A stretch of DNA of 36,362 bases, taken from the NCBI GenBank assembly GCA_036170245.1, contig JAVHOV010000025.1, positions 1-36,362 of the forward strand, written 5' to 3'. Origin of the DNA: an archaeon. Lineage in GTDB: Archaea > Iainarchaeota > Iainarchaeia > Iainarchaeales > JAAZKV01. The position numbers and the translations under genes are program-made. The notes beneath the pieces were generated by a model. That model ran no database searches, was not told the DNA's origin, and saw nothing but the letters and a program-made list of their open reading frames with translations. The stretch's first letter is position 1. Each line of letters starts with the position of its first letter. Shown here one piece after another: positions 17,888 through 27,485 of the stretch.

Positions 17888-18490
17888 TTACTTTTTTTCA
17901 TCAGATTTAGTTTCTTTTTTCTCTTCACTTTTTACTTGAGGAGAACTTGCTTTTTGGGGAGCGGGAACTTTTGCAGCAGAAACTTCTTTTTTCTCTTCAT
18001 GCTTATGCTCAATTTTATCAACTTTTGGTTCGGGTTTTTTCCCTTTCAAAAAAACTACTTTATCAGCAGTATTCTTCAGTGCAGCAGCAGTCATTTCTTC
18101 AGCAACAAGTGCAACAGTTTCTTTCCCGTGCGCCTTAGCTTTAATTAAAGCAGGAAGAAAATCACTATCCCTTGTAGCAAAAATAATTGTATCAATATTG
18201 GGGTTAAATGCAACTTCGGTTGCATCACAAGCCATTACTACATCAACATCAGTAGTAGAAATAATAGGAGAAAACCCTTGGTTTACTGTTGCTTCAACTA
18301 ATTTATCTGAAGCAAATTGATTAAGATAAACTCTAGCAATTTTAATTGATCCAAATTTAACTGACTCTTTTTTTATTAAATCAATATCAATCCCAAACTC
18401 TTTTCTGAGCAAATTTGGCCCGTCAACAAAAACAGCAACTCGTTTAGTTCTTGATTTAAACAATGAATCTAGCCATTTTGGAAAAACCAT
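17888..18490 (-). CDS. NYN-domain (PIN-like) protein, TIGR00288-type
   Basis: 'VFVDGPN', 'DVDV.MA.DA' and 'TRDSDFLP'. Low-complexity K/E/P/S tail. Confidence 0.9.
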   Translation of the reverse strand: MVFPKWLDSLFKSRTKRVAVFVDGPNLLRKEFGIDIDLIKKESVKFGSIKIARVYLNQFASDKLVEATVNQGFSPIISTTDVDVVMACDATEVAFNPNIDTIIFATRDSDFLPALIKAKAHGKETVALVAEEMTAAALKNTADKVVFLKGKKPEPKVDKIEHKHEEKKEVSAAKVPAPQKASSPQVKSEEKKETKSDEKK

Positions 18491-18564
18491 ACTACTACCC
18501 TAAACGTTATCTAGCTAATTCTCATTAAAAACTGAATAAAAAACCTTGTATAATGTATTGTAGT

Positions 18565-19287
18565 ATGCAAGCCTTAAAAAGCCTAAAAAACGAGATGCTG
18601 ACGTTAAAAGACCCTAAAAAAAGAGAAGTCCTTGAGAGATTCTTTAAAACTAAAAAAGGCGAATATGCAGAAGGAGATTTATTTTATGGAATAACTGTTC
18701 CAAAAACAAGAGTTGCTGCAAAAAAATATTTTGCAAAAATGAGTTTGAAAGAAGTAGAAGACCTATTGCATTCAAAAATACATGAAGAACGTCTATGCGC
18801 TTTACTTATTTTAATTCAAAAATTAAAGGAAAAGAATTGTACTAATGAAACTAAAAAAGAAATTTATGACTTGTATTTGAAAAATACTAAATTCATCAAC
18901 AATTGGGACTTGGTTGATCTAAGTGCACAGCATATAGTAGGGAAATATTTATTCGAAAACAAAAATGAACTGCAAATATTAGAAAAAATGGCTAAATCAA
19001 ATCTTCTTTGGGATAGAAGAATTGCAGTGCTTTCCACATTTTACTTTATTTACCAAAAAGAATTTGATTACACTTTAAAATTAGCAGAAATTCTTTTGCA
19101 TGATGAACATGATTTAATGCAAAAAGCTGTAGGATGGATGCTACGCGAAATTGGAAAAAGAGATTTACAAACTGAAGAAGATTTTTTAAAAGAAAATTAC
19201 AAATTAATGCCAAGAACGATGCTAAGGTACGCAATTGAAAAATTTCCTGAAAGTAAAAGAAAAAAATATTTAAATGGAAAGATTTAA
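18565..19287 (+). CDS. AlkD-like HEAT-repeat DNA alkylation repair protein
   Basis: 'FFKT..GEYAEGD.F.G..VP', 'INNWDLVD' and 'KAVGWMLRE.GK'. Confidence 0.9.
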   Translation: MQALKSLKNEMLTLKDPKKREVLERFFKTKKGEYAEGDLFYGITVPKTRVAAKKYFAKMSLKEVEDLLHSKIHEERLCALLILIQKLKEKNCTNETKKEIYDLYLKNTKFINNWDLVDLSAQHIVGKYLFENKNELQILEKMAKSNLLWDRRIAVLSTFYFIYQKEFDYTLKLAEILLHDEHDLMQKAVGWMLREIGKRDLQTEEDFLKENYKLMPRTMLRYAIEKFPESKRKKYLNGKI

Positions 19288-19329
19288 ACAAATAAAAGTG
19301 CATTATAAAGATTAGAATGGGATGAAAAA

Positions 19330-19773
19330 TTGGCTGAAGAGAAAAAGAGAGTAGGAACTGGATTTGGAGTAATGCTACTTAAAGAAGGAAAACTGCTTTT
19401 AGGAAAAAGACATGATGATGCACAAAAAGCAGATTCAGAACTTCATGGAGAAGGAACTTGGACAATGCCTGGAGGGAAGTTTGAATATGGCGAAACTTTT
19501 GATGAAGGTGCTAAAAGAGAACTAAAAGAAGAAACTGGAATTATTTTAAAAAAATCAAGAGTAATTTGCGTGAATTGCGACAAAAATGAATTTGCACACT
19601 TTGTAACAGTAGGATTTTTAGCTATTGAGTTTGAGGGCGAAGCAAATGTAATGGAGCCTGATGAAATAACTGAATGGAAATGGTTTAATTTTAACGAATT
19701 GCCAAAAAACATTTACTTCCCAAGCGTAAAAGTGCTTGAATGCTACAAAGAAAAGAAGTTCACCGTAAAATAG
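19330..19773 (+). CDS. Nudix hydrolase (MutT/NUDT15-like)
   Basis: Nudix box 'GGKFEYGETFDEGAKRELKEETG' and 'MEPDEITEWKWF'. Confidence 0.92.
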   Translation: MAEEKKRVGTGFGVMLLKEGKLLLGKRHDDAQKADSELHGEGTWTMPGGKFEYGETFDEGAKRELKEETGIILKKSRVICVNCDKNEFAHFVTVGFLAIEFEGEANVMEPDEITEWKWFNFNELPKNIYFPSVKVLECYKEKKFTVK

Positions 19774-19889
19774 AAGCCCCCAAAATAGCACTTTTTTTGG
19801 CAAACCAGCTTGGTTTTTAAACCAATTCAACACAATTTTCTTTAATTGTTGCTTCTTTAAGGCAATACAAAAAATAAAAGGTGTGTAAA

Positions 19890-20285
19890 ATGGTTGACGA
19901 AAAGAAATTTGAACAAGCTGGACAGTTAAAGCCAGGTCATTTAGTATTAATTGATGATGAAGTGTGTCAGGTAAAAACAACTGAAAAATCAAAACCAGGA
20001 AAACACGGAGCAGCAAAAGTAAGAATAGTTGCATTTAATATATTTACACAGCAAAAGAGAGGACTATTGAAAGCGACTGATGGCGAAGTTGAAGTTCCAC
20101 TTGTACCAAAAGGAGACGGACAAGTTGTTGCAATAATGGGTGAAGTTGTTCAAATAATGGACGCTACAACTTATGAAATATTTGATTCACCAAAACCAGG
20201 TGAAGATGTTCCTAACCTGAAGTCAGGGGACCAAATAGAATACCAGAAATATGGAAACAGCATTAAAATTGTAAGAAAAAGGTAA
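19890..20285 (+). CDS. eif5a: Translation factor aIF5A
   Basis: Hypusine loop 'KSKPGKHGAAK'. Confidence 0.96.
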   Translation: MVDEKKFEQAGQLKPGHLVLIDDEVCQVKTTEKSKPGKHGAAKVRIVAFNIFTQQKRGLLKATDGEVEVPLVPKGDGQVVAIMGEVVQIMDATTYEIFDSPKPGEDVPNLKSGDQIEYQKYGNSIKIVRKR

Positions 20286-20395
20286 GAGCACTAAACTGCT
20301 TTTCCCTTTTTTTCTATTTTTATCTTTTTATTTATTTTATCAGTCAAAAGGCATTTTGCTCAAATTAATTAACCTTTACAACCACTAATTCAGTT

Positions 20396-21061
20396 ATGCA
20401 AAACAAAAAAGCACTCCTTTTAATTTCAGGAGGAATTGATTCTCCGGTCGCAGGAAAATTAGCGCAAGAAAAAGGCTACACATTAAGCGCAATTCACTTT
20501 TCCCAAGAACCCTTTACAGATGCTACCCCAAAACTAAAATCAATTGCTTTATGCAAACTCTTAGGACTAAAAGAAATGATTGTGGTGAATTCAGGAGAAG
20601 AGTTCAAGGAAATTGCTGACAATAGTTACAGAGAATATTATTTTATTTTAATCAAAAGATTCATGATGAGGGTTGCAGAAAACTATGCAACAGAGAATGG
20701 ATTTGATTATCTAATTACTGGAGAAAGTTTGGGCCAAGTTTCTTCACAAACCTTAAGCAACTTAAATACAATAAACCAAAGTACCACTATAGAAATTCTT
20801 CGCCCAGTTTTATTTATGGGAAAACAGGAAATAATTGATTTGAGCAAAAAATACAATTATTTTGAAACATCTAAAGGCCCTGAAATGTGCGATGCACTTG
20901 CAAGCGGAAAACCAAGAACACAAAGCACAATAGAACAAATAAAAACAGAAGAAGAAAAATGCAAAATGGAAGAACTAATAAAAATCGCAACTAAAAAAAT
21001 CTCAATTGAGAACACAAATCAAAAAATAGAATTACCAAAAACAATAAATGTTTGCAAATAA
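20396..21061 (+). CDS. ThiI-family PP-loop domain protein lacking the THUMP domain
   Basis: 'LLISGGIDSPVA', 'TGESLGQVSSQTL.NL', 'ILRP' and 'EMC'. Only 221 aa, starting directly at the PP-loop domain. Confidence 0.85.
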   Translation: MQNKKALLLISGGIDSPVAGKLAQEKGYTLSAIHFSQEPFTDATPKLKSIALCKLLGLKEMIVVNSGEEFKEIADNSYREYYFILIKRFMMRVAENYATENGFDYLITGESLGQVSSQTLSNLNTINQSTTIEILRPVLFMGKQEIIDLSKKYNYFETSKGPEMCDALASGKPRTQSTIEQIKTEEEKCKMEELIKIATKKISIENTNQKIELPKTINVCK

Positions 21062-21085
21062 ATTTTAATAAAGGTTGAAAATAAA

Positions 21086-21367
21086 ATGGAAATAGCAGAA
21101 TACACAGGAAAGCCTTGCCGAACAAAAATGGCTTATGAATTCCTTCCAAAAAAACAGCTCAACTTAAATCTTGAAAAAGCATGTGAGGAACTAAAAACAG
21201 TGGCAACTATTGAAGTTAAAACTAAAGTGCTATTGATGCTTAAATTTGATTACGCAACAATCTCACTCTTCCCTTCAGGAAAACTCTTGGTCAGAGGAGA
21301 AAGGGATGAAGAGAAAGCCAAAGAAATTGCAAGAAAAATATTGGCGTCTTTGAGTGGAAAGCGTTAA
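21086..21367 (+). CDS. Small alpha/beta protein (single TBP-like repeat / ThiF C-terminal-like domain)
   Basis: 'KPCRT..AYEF.P....LNL...' and 'ISLFPSGKLLVRG..DEEKAKEIA'. Confidence 0.6.
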   Translation: MEIAEYTGKPCRTKMAYEFLPKKQLNLNLEKACEELKTVATIEVKTKVLLMLKFDYATISLFPSGKLLVRGERDEEKAKEIARKILASLSGKR

Positions 21368-21460
21368 ATAGTATAATTGACCTAATTCTAAACACTTTGG
21401 GGCTGATTAAATTTAATCACCCGACACAAAAAAGCTTCAAAGAAAAATGGAGGAGAAAAA

Positions 21461-22156
21461 ATGGTAGATTTTGTAGAAGCAATGAAAAAACCATTCTCTG
21501 ACTTAAAAACTCTTGGAATAGGAGCTATAATAGGCGCAATTCCTTTAGTTGGTTTACTGATTACAGGATACGGTGCAAAAACAGCCGAAGATGTAATGGG
21601 TAAAAAAAATAAGTTAAGAGCATGGAAAGTAGCTGATCTTGGAGAATATATCATAAAATTAATAATGATGATAATTATCCAAATCGCATATATGATAATA
21701 CCAGGAATAATAATTGTAATAGGAGTTGGAAGTGCAATACTAACAGCATTACCAACAATAATGGCTAGCTCAGGCGACTTAAACGCAATAGCTGGTTCAA
21801 TCTTGCCAAGCTTAGCGGTTGGCGGACCAATAATTATAGTAGGATTTATCCTTCTATTAGTAGCAGCATTCTTGTTACCAATGGCAACAATGAAATGGCT
21901 AAAGAAAGGAAAAATAGGAGCAGCTTTCGGACTTGGAAGCATAATAAAGAACGCACTAACTTTAGATTACATAGTAGCATTAATTGTAATCTTTGTTTAT
22001 GCAATAATTCTAGTACTAGTTGCTGGAGTAATAAGCGGAATACTTGGATTAATCCCAGTATTAGGCACTATTCTAGGATTGGTAGTAATGGGCGGAGTAG
22101 CATTCGCACTAACAACTACTGAATATACTATACTAGCACAAGTAGTGAAAGACTAA
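21461..22156 (+). CDS. DUF4013-like multi-pass membrane protein
   Basis: 'F.EA.K.PFSD.K.L.IG....IP.VG....GY', several hydrophobic segments, 'G.IGAAF'. GGAGG SD. Confidence 0.8.
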   Translation: MVDFVEAMKKPFSDLKTLGIGAIIGAIPLVGLLITGYGAKTAEDVMGKKNKLRAWKVADLGEYIIKLIMMIIIQIAYMIIPGIIIVIGVGSAILTALPTIMASSGDLNAIAGSILPSLAVGGPIIIVGFILLLVAAFLLPMATMKWLKKGKIGAAFGLGSIIKNALTLDYIVALIVIFVYAIILVLVAGVISGILGLIPVLGTILGLVVMGGVAFALTTTEYTILAQVVKD

Positions 22157-22170
22157 ATCTAACCTTTGAG

Positions 22171-22212
22171 AATTGAAAAGGGTATTAAACTCTTTTCAAT
22201 TTTTTTATTTTT
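22171..22212 (+). terminator. Hairpin followed by a T-tract
   Basis: AATTGAAAAGGGT-ATTAA-ACTCTTTTCAATT followed by long T runs. Confidence 0.6.
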
Positions 22213-22297
22213 TAAATTATTTTTACTTAATTTAAAACCAAACCAAAAAACATTAAAAGAACTTAATACTTAATTAAGTTATAAAAAAGTGAAAAAA

Positions 22298-22729
22298 ATG
22301 GCTGCTGATTTTGATAAAAATTGTTTATTCTGCAAATTCATAAAAAAAGAAATTCCAACAGAAATCGTTTTTGAAAATGATAAAGTAATGGCGTTTTTAG
22401 ATATCAATCCTGCAGGAGAACTAATCGGACACACTTTACTAATCCCAAAAAAACATTTTAGCAACTTGGATGATACTGAAGATGAATACTTAATTGAAAT
22501 GGCTAAAGTTGCAAAAAAATTATCAAAGGCAATTCAAAAAGTAAGCGGAGCTGATGGATTAAACCTAATTCAAAACAACGGCAAAGCAGCAGGGCAATGC
22601 ATAATGCACGCACATTTGCACTTAATTCCAAGAAAACATGGGGACAAGATCAGAATTGACGAAAACAGAAGAAAAACTAGACCCTTAGAATTAGTGGAAA
22701 CCGCCAAAGCCATTAAAGAAAACCTCTAA
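22298..22729 (+). CDS. HIT family nucleotide hydrolase
   Basis: 'CLFC', 'FLDINP...GHTLLIPKKH' and 'HAHLHLIPR'. Confidence 0.95.
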   Translation: MAADFDKNCLFCKFIKKEIPTEIVFENDKVMAFLDINPAGELIGHTLLIPKKHFSNLDDTEDEYLIEMAKVAKKLSKAIQKVSGADGLNLIQNNGKAAGQCIMHAHLHLIPRKHGDKIRIDENRRKTRPLELVETAKAIKENL

Positions 22730-23035
22730 AGTTGGTTTGGATTCCTTTTCTCGTAAAGGTGAACAGGGTTTGGATTCTAAACCCTTAAAGTATTAATCAA
22801 ACATGAACACTATATTATGCAAAGGAAAAAAAGCGTACTGAAAATAAAATTTTGGTACATCCCAACACTTTTTTTCTTGGAAATAAAATAGCTCCATTTG
22901 GGGCAAGACTTCATCTTAGTAGGATAATCACCCCAAAAGAAAAAGTTTTGCTCCAAAAAATCAATACGTCGGCAAAAAGGATGAGAAAGCCTTAAAGAAG
23001 ACTTGCTAAAAGAAAATTTATAGAAGTTGGGAAAA

Positions 23036-25156
23036 ATGGATTTAAATTTAGAAGAAATAGAAAAGTCAGACGGCTCTCCTTTTATTGAAAGATTTGAAGA
23101 ATTCTTCAATATTGAATACAAAAAACAAATTGAAAGAATTGTTGAATCCTATCCTGAAACAAGAAGCGTTATTGTTGATTTTAAGGTACTTGAAAAATTT
23201 GATCCAACTTTAGCTGATGAATTAGTAGATAATCCTGATGCAGTTTTAGAAGCAGCACACTCAGCAATTCAAAATATTCACTTACCAACTCTTACTACAG
23301 AAACTTTTAAACCACATGTTCGGTTCAGCAACATGCCAAGAGACAGAGAAATCAGTGTAAGAAATGTTGGTTCAAAACATATTGGAAAAATGTTAAGTGT
23401 TGAAGGATTAGTAAGACAAATTACTGATGTATTGCCAAAATTAACAATGGCTGTTTGGAAATGCCGCAGATGCGGAAATGTTTACAGGATTCCCCAAGAC
23501 AAACAACAATTACATCCACCAAACATGTGCGAATGCCATTCGAAAGAATTTAATTTAGAAGAAGAAAAAAGTGAATTTATTGATTATCAAAAAGTACAAG
23601 TTCAAGAAACCTTAGAGAAATTAAAAGGAAATGAACAAGCAACTTACCTTGATGTATATGTTAGTGATGATTTAGTAAATAAAGTTGCAGCAGGAGATAA
23701 AACAAAATTTGTTGGAGTACTAAGACTAGTTCCTCCACAAAAAGATAAAAAAACTGTTTATGGTAGATTTTTAGAAGTAAATTCCTTAGAAGAAACTGCA
23801 AAAGAATTTTCTGAAGTAGATATTACAAAAGAAGAAGAAATTGCAATAAATAAACTTTCAAAAGATCCAAAAATTTATGAAATGCTTGCACAAAGTATTG
23901 CACCAGCAATTTATGGACATGATGTAGTAAAAGAAAGTATTGTGTTAGAATTATTTGGAGGAGTTACAAAACATTTACCTAATAATCAAAAAATCAGAGG
24001 AAACATTCACGTACTTTTAATTGGTGACCCTGGTTGTGGAAAATCACAATTACTACAAGCAGCGCACAACATTGCCCCAAAAAGTATTTACGTTTCAGGA
24101 AAAACTACTTCAGGAGCTGGACTAACAGCAACTGCAGTTAAAGATGAATTTGGAGAAGGAGGCTGGACTCTAAAAGCAGGAGCACTTGTTTTAAGTTCTG
24201 GCGGAGTATGTATGGCAGATGAACTTGATAAAATGGATCCAGAAGATAGAAGTGCACTACATGAAGCAATGGAACAGGGAATAATTTCAGTTGCAAAAGC
24301 AGGGATAGTTTCTCGTTTCAAAGCAGATACTTCACTCTTAGCAGCAGCAAATCCAAAATATTCTAGATTTGATAAATTCACTCCATTTTTGGAACAAATT
24401 GATTTACCCCCATCATTAATTTCAAGATTTGATTTATTTTTTATGATAAGAGATGTATTAGATAAAACACAGGATACAAAAATTGCTGAACACATACTCA
24501 AAACCCACCAAAGTGGAGAAAAATTAATGCAGTATAGCAAAAAAGGACAAGCATTACAAAAAGAAGAAAAAGAAGATATTGACAAAAGAACAAAACCAAT
24601 AATTGATGCAGAAATATTCAAAAAATATGTTTCACTTGCAAGACAAAAATGTTTCCCAATTTTAAGCGAAGACGCAGTAAATAGAATTTCTGATTTTTAT
24701 GTGGGACTACGTGACCAAGGAAGACAACAAGGAGCATACGCTGCTACCGCAAGACAACTTGAAGGATTAGTAAGATTATCTGAAGCAAGTGCAAGAGTTA
24801 GACTCAGCGATACTGTTGAAGTTCAAGACGCTGAACGTGCAATTAGACTAATAAAGAAATCTTTAGAAGAAACTGTAACGGATCCAGAAACAGGGCGAAT
24901 TGATATTGATATAGTTACAACAGGAATTACCCAATCAAAACAAAATGCAATAAGCCAAATACTTTTCATAATTAAAGAACAAATGGGCACAGGAATTGAC
25001 ATGGTTCCTTATGAAGAAATAGTACTCAAAGCAATGGAGAAAGGAATTGATGAAGAACGCGTAAAAGCAGCAGTAGATGAACTAACTAGAAAAGGAGACA
25101 TTTATTCACCAAGACACCACTTCATAAAACCGACTGCAACAAAATCAGGCCAATAA
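23036..25156 (+). CDS. mcm: MCM replicative helicase
   Basis: Zn finger, Walker A 'GDPGCGKS', Walker B 'DELDKM', Arg finger 'SRFD', 'TARQLE' and C-terminal wH. No intein. Confidence 0.98.
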   Translation: MDLNLEEIEKSDGSPFIERFEEFFNIEYKKQIERIVESYPETRSVIVDFKVLEKFDPTLADELVDNPDAVLEAAHSAIQNIHLPTLTTETFKPHVRFSNMPRDREISVRNVGSKHIGKMLSVEGLVRQITDVLPKLTMAVWKCRRCGNVYRIPQDKQQLHPPNMCECHSKEFNLEEEKSEFIDYQKVQVQETLEKLKGNEQATYLDVYVSDDLVNKVAAGDKTKFVGVLRLVPPQKDKKTVYGRFLEVNSLEETAKEFSEVDITKEEEIAINKLSKDPKIYEMLAQSIAPAIYGHDVVKESIVLELFGGVTKHLPNNQKIRGNIHVLLIGDPGCGKSQLLQAAHNIAPKSIYVSGKTTSGAGLTATAVKDEFGEGGWTLKAGALVLSSGGVCMADELDKMDPEDRSALHEAMEQGIISVAKAGIVSRFKADTSLLAAANPKYSRFDKFTPFLEQIDLPPSLISRFDLFFMIRDVLDKTQDTKIAEHILKTHQSGEKLMQYSKKGQALQKEEKEDIDKRTKPIIDAEIFKKYVSLARQKCFPILSEDAVNRISDFYVGLRDQGRQQGAYAATARQLEGLVRLSEASARVRLSDTVEVQDAERAIRLIKKSLEETVTDPETGRIDIDIVTTGITQSKQNAISQILFIIKEQMGTGIDMVPYEEIVLKAMEKGIDEERVKAAVDELTRKGDIYSPRHHFIKPTATKSGQ

Positions 25157-25210
25157 AAAAATTCAAGCAAACAATCACTAATTTAAATAAAAGAAAACAA
25201 AATAAGTGTA

Positions 25211-26098
25211 ATGAAAAACAATAAAAAACCCAAACCAGTTACTGCTAAAGCAAAAAACAAAGTTCCCATTCAAAAAGAAGAACCTTGGCTCACAAAAGAA
25301 GCAGTTTTGAAACTTGCACTAACTTTTTTGATAATAGAATTAGTTGGACTGTTTGTTGCAACAAACCTTTACACCCAAGGTTGCTCAGAAGCACTATTTA
25401 CAAATGATATCAACGATGCAGTAAACGGATTCTATTTATTTGGAATGATAATATTTACAACAATAATATTTTTAGTAATAATAAAATTCAGAAGAACAAA
25501 AAAACTTTTGTGGGCAATGGAAATGCTTGCAATTTTTTCAACATCCCTGATTGTATTCTCTTCATTCTTTCCAAATGATTATACAATTGCACTAATACTT
25601 ACTGCAATAATTTTTGCCTTAAGATACGGATTAGTAAAAAACATTTTAATGAGAAGCATTGCTGCAGGAATTGCTGTAGCAGGAGCTGGAGCTTATATTG
25701 GAATCTCTTTAGGATTAATTCCATTAATTGTATTTGTAACAATTCTTTCACTTTATGATATTGTAGCAGTTTTCTTCACAAAACACATGGTGCAAATCGG
25801 AAAAGAATCAACCCAAAACAATTTTGCATTCACCATTGCGATCCCTACAAAACAACACAACTTTGAACTTGGAAACGGGGACCTTGTAATCCCCCTTGCA
25901 ATTGCAGCAAGTGTAATGACAAACGGACCCTTTCACTACAATTGGCTAGTGTCAGGATTAATACTTGGAATGAGTTTTTTGGGGCTTGGACTTAGCATCC
26001 ACTTTGTTTCAAAATATAAAACCCCCATGCCTGCACTTCCACCACAAGTAATGCTAATGCTACTTGCAATCCTCCTAGGAATGCTTCTTGGAGCATAA
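25211..26098 (+). CDS. Presenilin/signal-peptide-peptidase family intramembrane aspartyl protease
   Basis: Multi-TM protein with 'LYDIVAV', 'LGNGD' and 'PALP'. Confidence 0.92.
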   Translation: MKNNKKPKPVTAKAKNKVPIQKEEPWLTKEAVLKLALTFLIIELVGLFVATNLYTQGCSEALFTNDINDAVNGFYLFGMIIFTTIIFLVIIKFRRTKKLLWAMEMLAIFSTSLIVFSSFFPNDYTIALILTAIIFALRYGLVKNILMRSIAAGIAVAGAGAYIGISLGLIPLIVFVTILSLYDIVAVFFTKHMVQIGKESTQNNFAFTIAIPTKQHNFELGNGDLVIPLAIAASVMTNGPFHYNWLVSGLILGMSFLGLGLSIHFVSKYKTPMPALPPQVMLMLLAILLGMLLGA

Positions 26099-26194
26099 AA
26101 ATTATCTAAAATCCCCTAAAGAGCATTTTTGCCTCTAAGAAGTGATTTATATAAGTTTTGCTAGAAAGAATAATTATTCAGGAACTGAAAAATT

Positions 26195-26602
26195 ATGGCT
26201 ACATACGACGAATTACTTTCAAAAGCTTACAATAGCATTCCAAAAAAAGCACTTACACAAGAAAGATTTGAAATACCAAGAGTAGAATCATTCCTGCAAG
26301 GAAGTAAAACTATAGTTAAAGGATACAATAATTTAATTGACACAATGAGAAGAGACAAAAAACACTTTTTGAAATGGTTAATGAAAGAAACTGCTCTGCC
26401 AATCAGCGAAGGAGTTAACCAATTGACAATAAATGGAAAAGTAAATTCATACCAATTAAACAAATTAATAGAAGCATACTTCAAACAGTTTGTTTTATGT
26501 CCTGAATGCAAAAAACCTGATACAACAGTAATTACAGAAGGCGGAACAAAGCTACTAAAATGCGAAGCGTGCGGAGCAATAAAGTCAGTTGCAGGACTAT
26601 AA
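26195..26602 (+). CDS. eif2b: Translation initiation factor aIF2 beta
   Basis: 'YDELL', 'ERFEIP' and 'CPECKKPDT...CEACGA'. TTTATATA at 26146-26153. Confidence 0.95.
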   Translation: MATYDELLSKAYNSIPKKALTQERFEIPRVESFLQGSKTIVKGYNNLIDTMRRDKKHFLKWLMKETALPISEGVNQLTINGKVNSYQLNKLIEAYFKQFVLCPECKKPDTTVITEGGTKLLKCEACGAIKSVAGL

Positions 26603-26654
26603 TTAATTAAAAATTATTTTTCTAAAAACTAATTTAAAAATAAAGTGAAAAATA

Positions 26655-26945
26655 ATGTATGCAAAAAAATGGGAAATTGATTTACGGGTAATTCTAGCTG
26701 TGTGCGACAAGGAACACATAGGGAAAACATACGAACAAGGCGAACTAAGTTTTAGAGTAAGCGAAAAATTCTACAAAGGAGAAGAAGTTACTCCTCAAGA
26801 TTTAGAACAATTACTAATGCAAGTTGATTCAGCTAATTTATTCGGAAACAAATGCGTGGATATTGCACTAAAAAAAGGACTAATAAGCGAAAAAAGTATA
26901 ATAAATATTTGTGGAATAAAACATGCACAAATTTACCGAATGTAA
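26655..26945 (+). CDS. DUF424 family protein
   Basis: 'LAVCD...GK......V.E.FY.G', 'ANL.G..CV..A' and 'GIKHAQI'. A usual neighbour of aIF2beta. Confidence 0.9.
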   Translation: MYAKKWEIDLRVILAVCDKEHIGKTYEQGELSFRVSEKFYKGEEVTPQDLEQLLMQVDSANLFGNKCVDIALKKGLISEKSIINICGIKHAQIYRM

Positions 26946-27029
26946 AAACACTCAAAAAAAAGACAAAAAGAGAGGTTTTAATACCTTGACTTGAACTATT
27001 TATATAACAACAAAATTGGTGAGAAACTA

Positions 27030-27413
27030 GTGGCAAACTTTAATTCACAGAAAAGAAAAAATCAAATGAACTTTAAGAAAAAAGCGGCTACCCCCGCACC
27101 TACTACTGAACAACAACCAGAAATGGGTTACACCCGAATGAGACTTCCCAACACTAATGACTTAGAACAATTTGCACTTGTAACACAATTAATGGGATCA
27201 AATCAAATAAAAGCAGTCTGCGAAGACGGCGAAGAAAAACAATTCAGAATCCCTGGAAAATTATTAAAGAAAGTTTGGATAAGAGAAAATGATATTATTA
27301 TCGTAAGACTATGGGACTTCCAGCCAAGCAAGGGAGATGTCGTTTGGAGATACTTAGGAAACCAAGTAGAATGGTTAAGAAGAAATGGAAAGTTAAACAG
27401 ACTTCCGCTATAG
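27030..27413 (+). CDS. eif1a: Translation initiation factor aIF1A
   Basis: 'RLP', 'CEDG...RIPGK..K.VWIRE.D' and 'KGDVVWRY'. Probable GTG start at 27030 after GGTGA (alternative ATG 27066). Confidence 0.95.
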   Translation: MANFNSQKRKNQMNFKKKAATPAPTTEQQPEMGYTRMRLPNTNDLEQFALVTQLMGSNQIKAVCEDGEEKQFRIPGKLLKKVWIRENDIIIVRLWDFQPSKGDVVWRYLGNQVEWLRRNGKLNRLPL

Positions 27414-27485
27414 ATACTTTATTCTAAAATCTAACAAATTAGTTCTAAAATTAAGAATAAAAGAACAACTAATTAAGGTATAAGT

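Noticed and set aside
22731..22785. GGTTTGGATTCC resembling a tRNA T-arm (GGTTCGAATCC)
   Set aside because: No acceptor stem, D-arm or anticodon arm can be built. The TTCG core is absent and the region is AT-rich.
22810..23121. 103-aa minus-strand ORF overlapping the mcm start
   Set aside because: It overlaps mcm head-to-head, has no recognisable motif and has non-coding-like composition.
24088..24621. 177-aa antisense ORF inside mcm, and similar shadow ORFs (21388-21942, 31424-31996, 19618-20034, 8720-9121, 7400-7726, 35890-36108)
   Set aside because: They overlap well-supported genes on the opposite strand and have F/S/L-rich antisense composition with no motifs.
23036..25156. Intein in MCM or Top6
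   Set aside because: Lengths are normal, motifs are contiguous and there is no splice-junction pattern.
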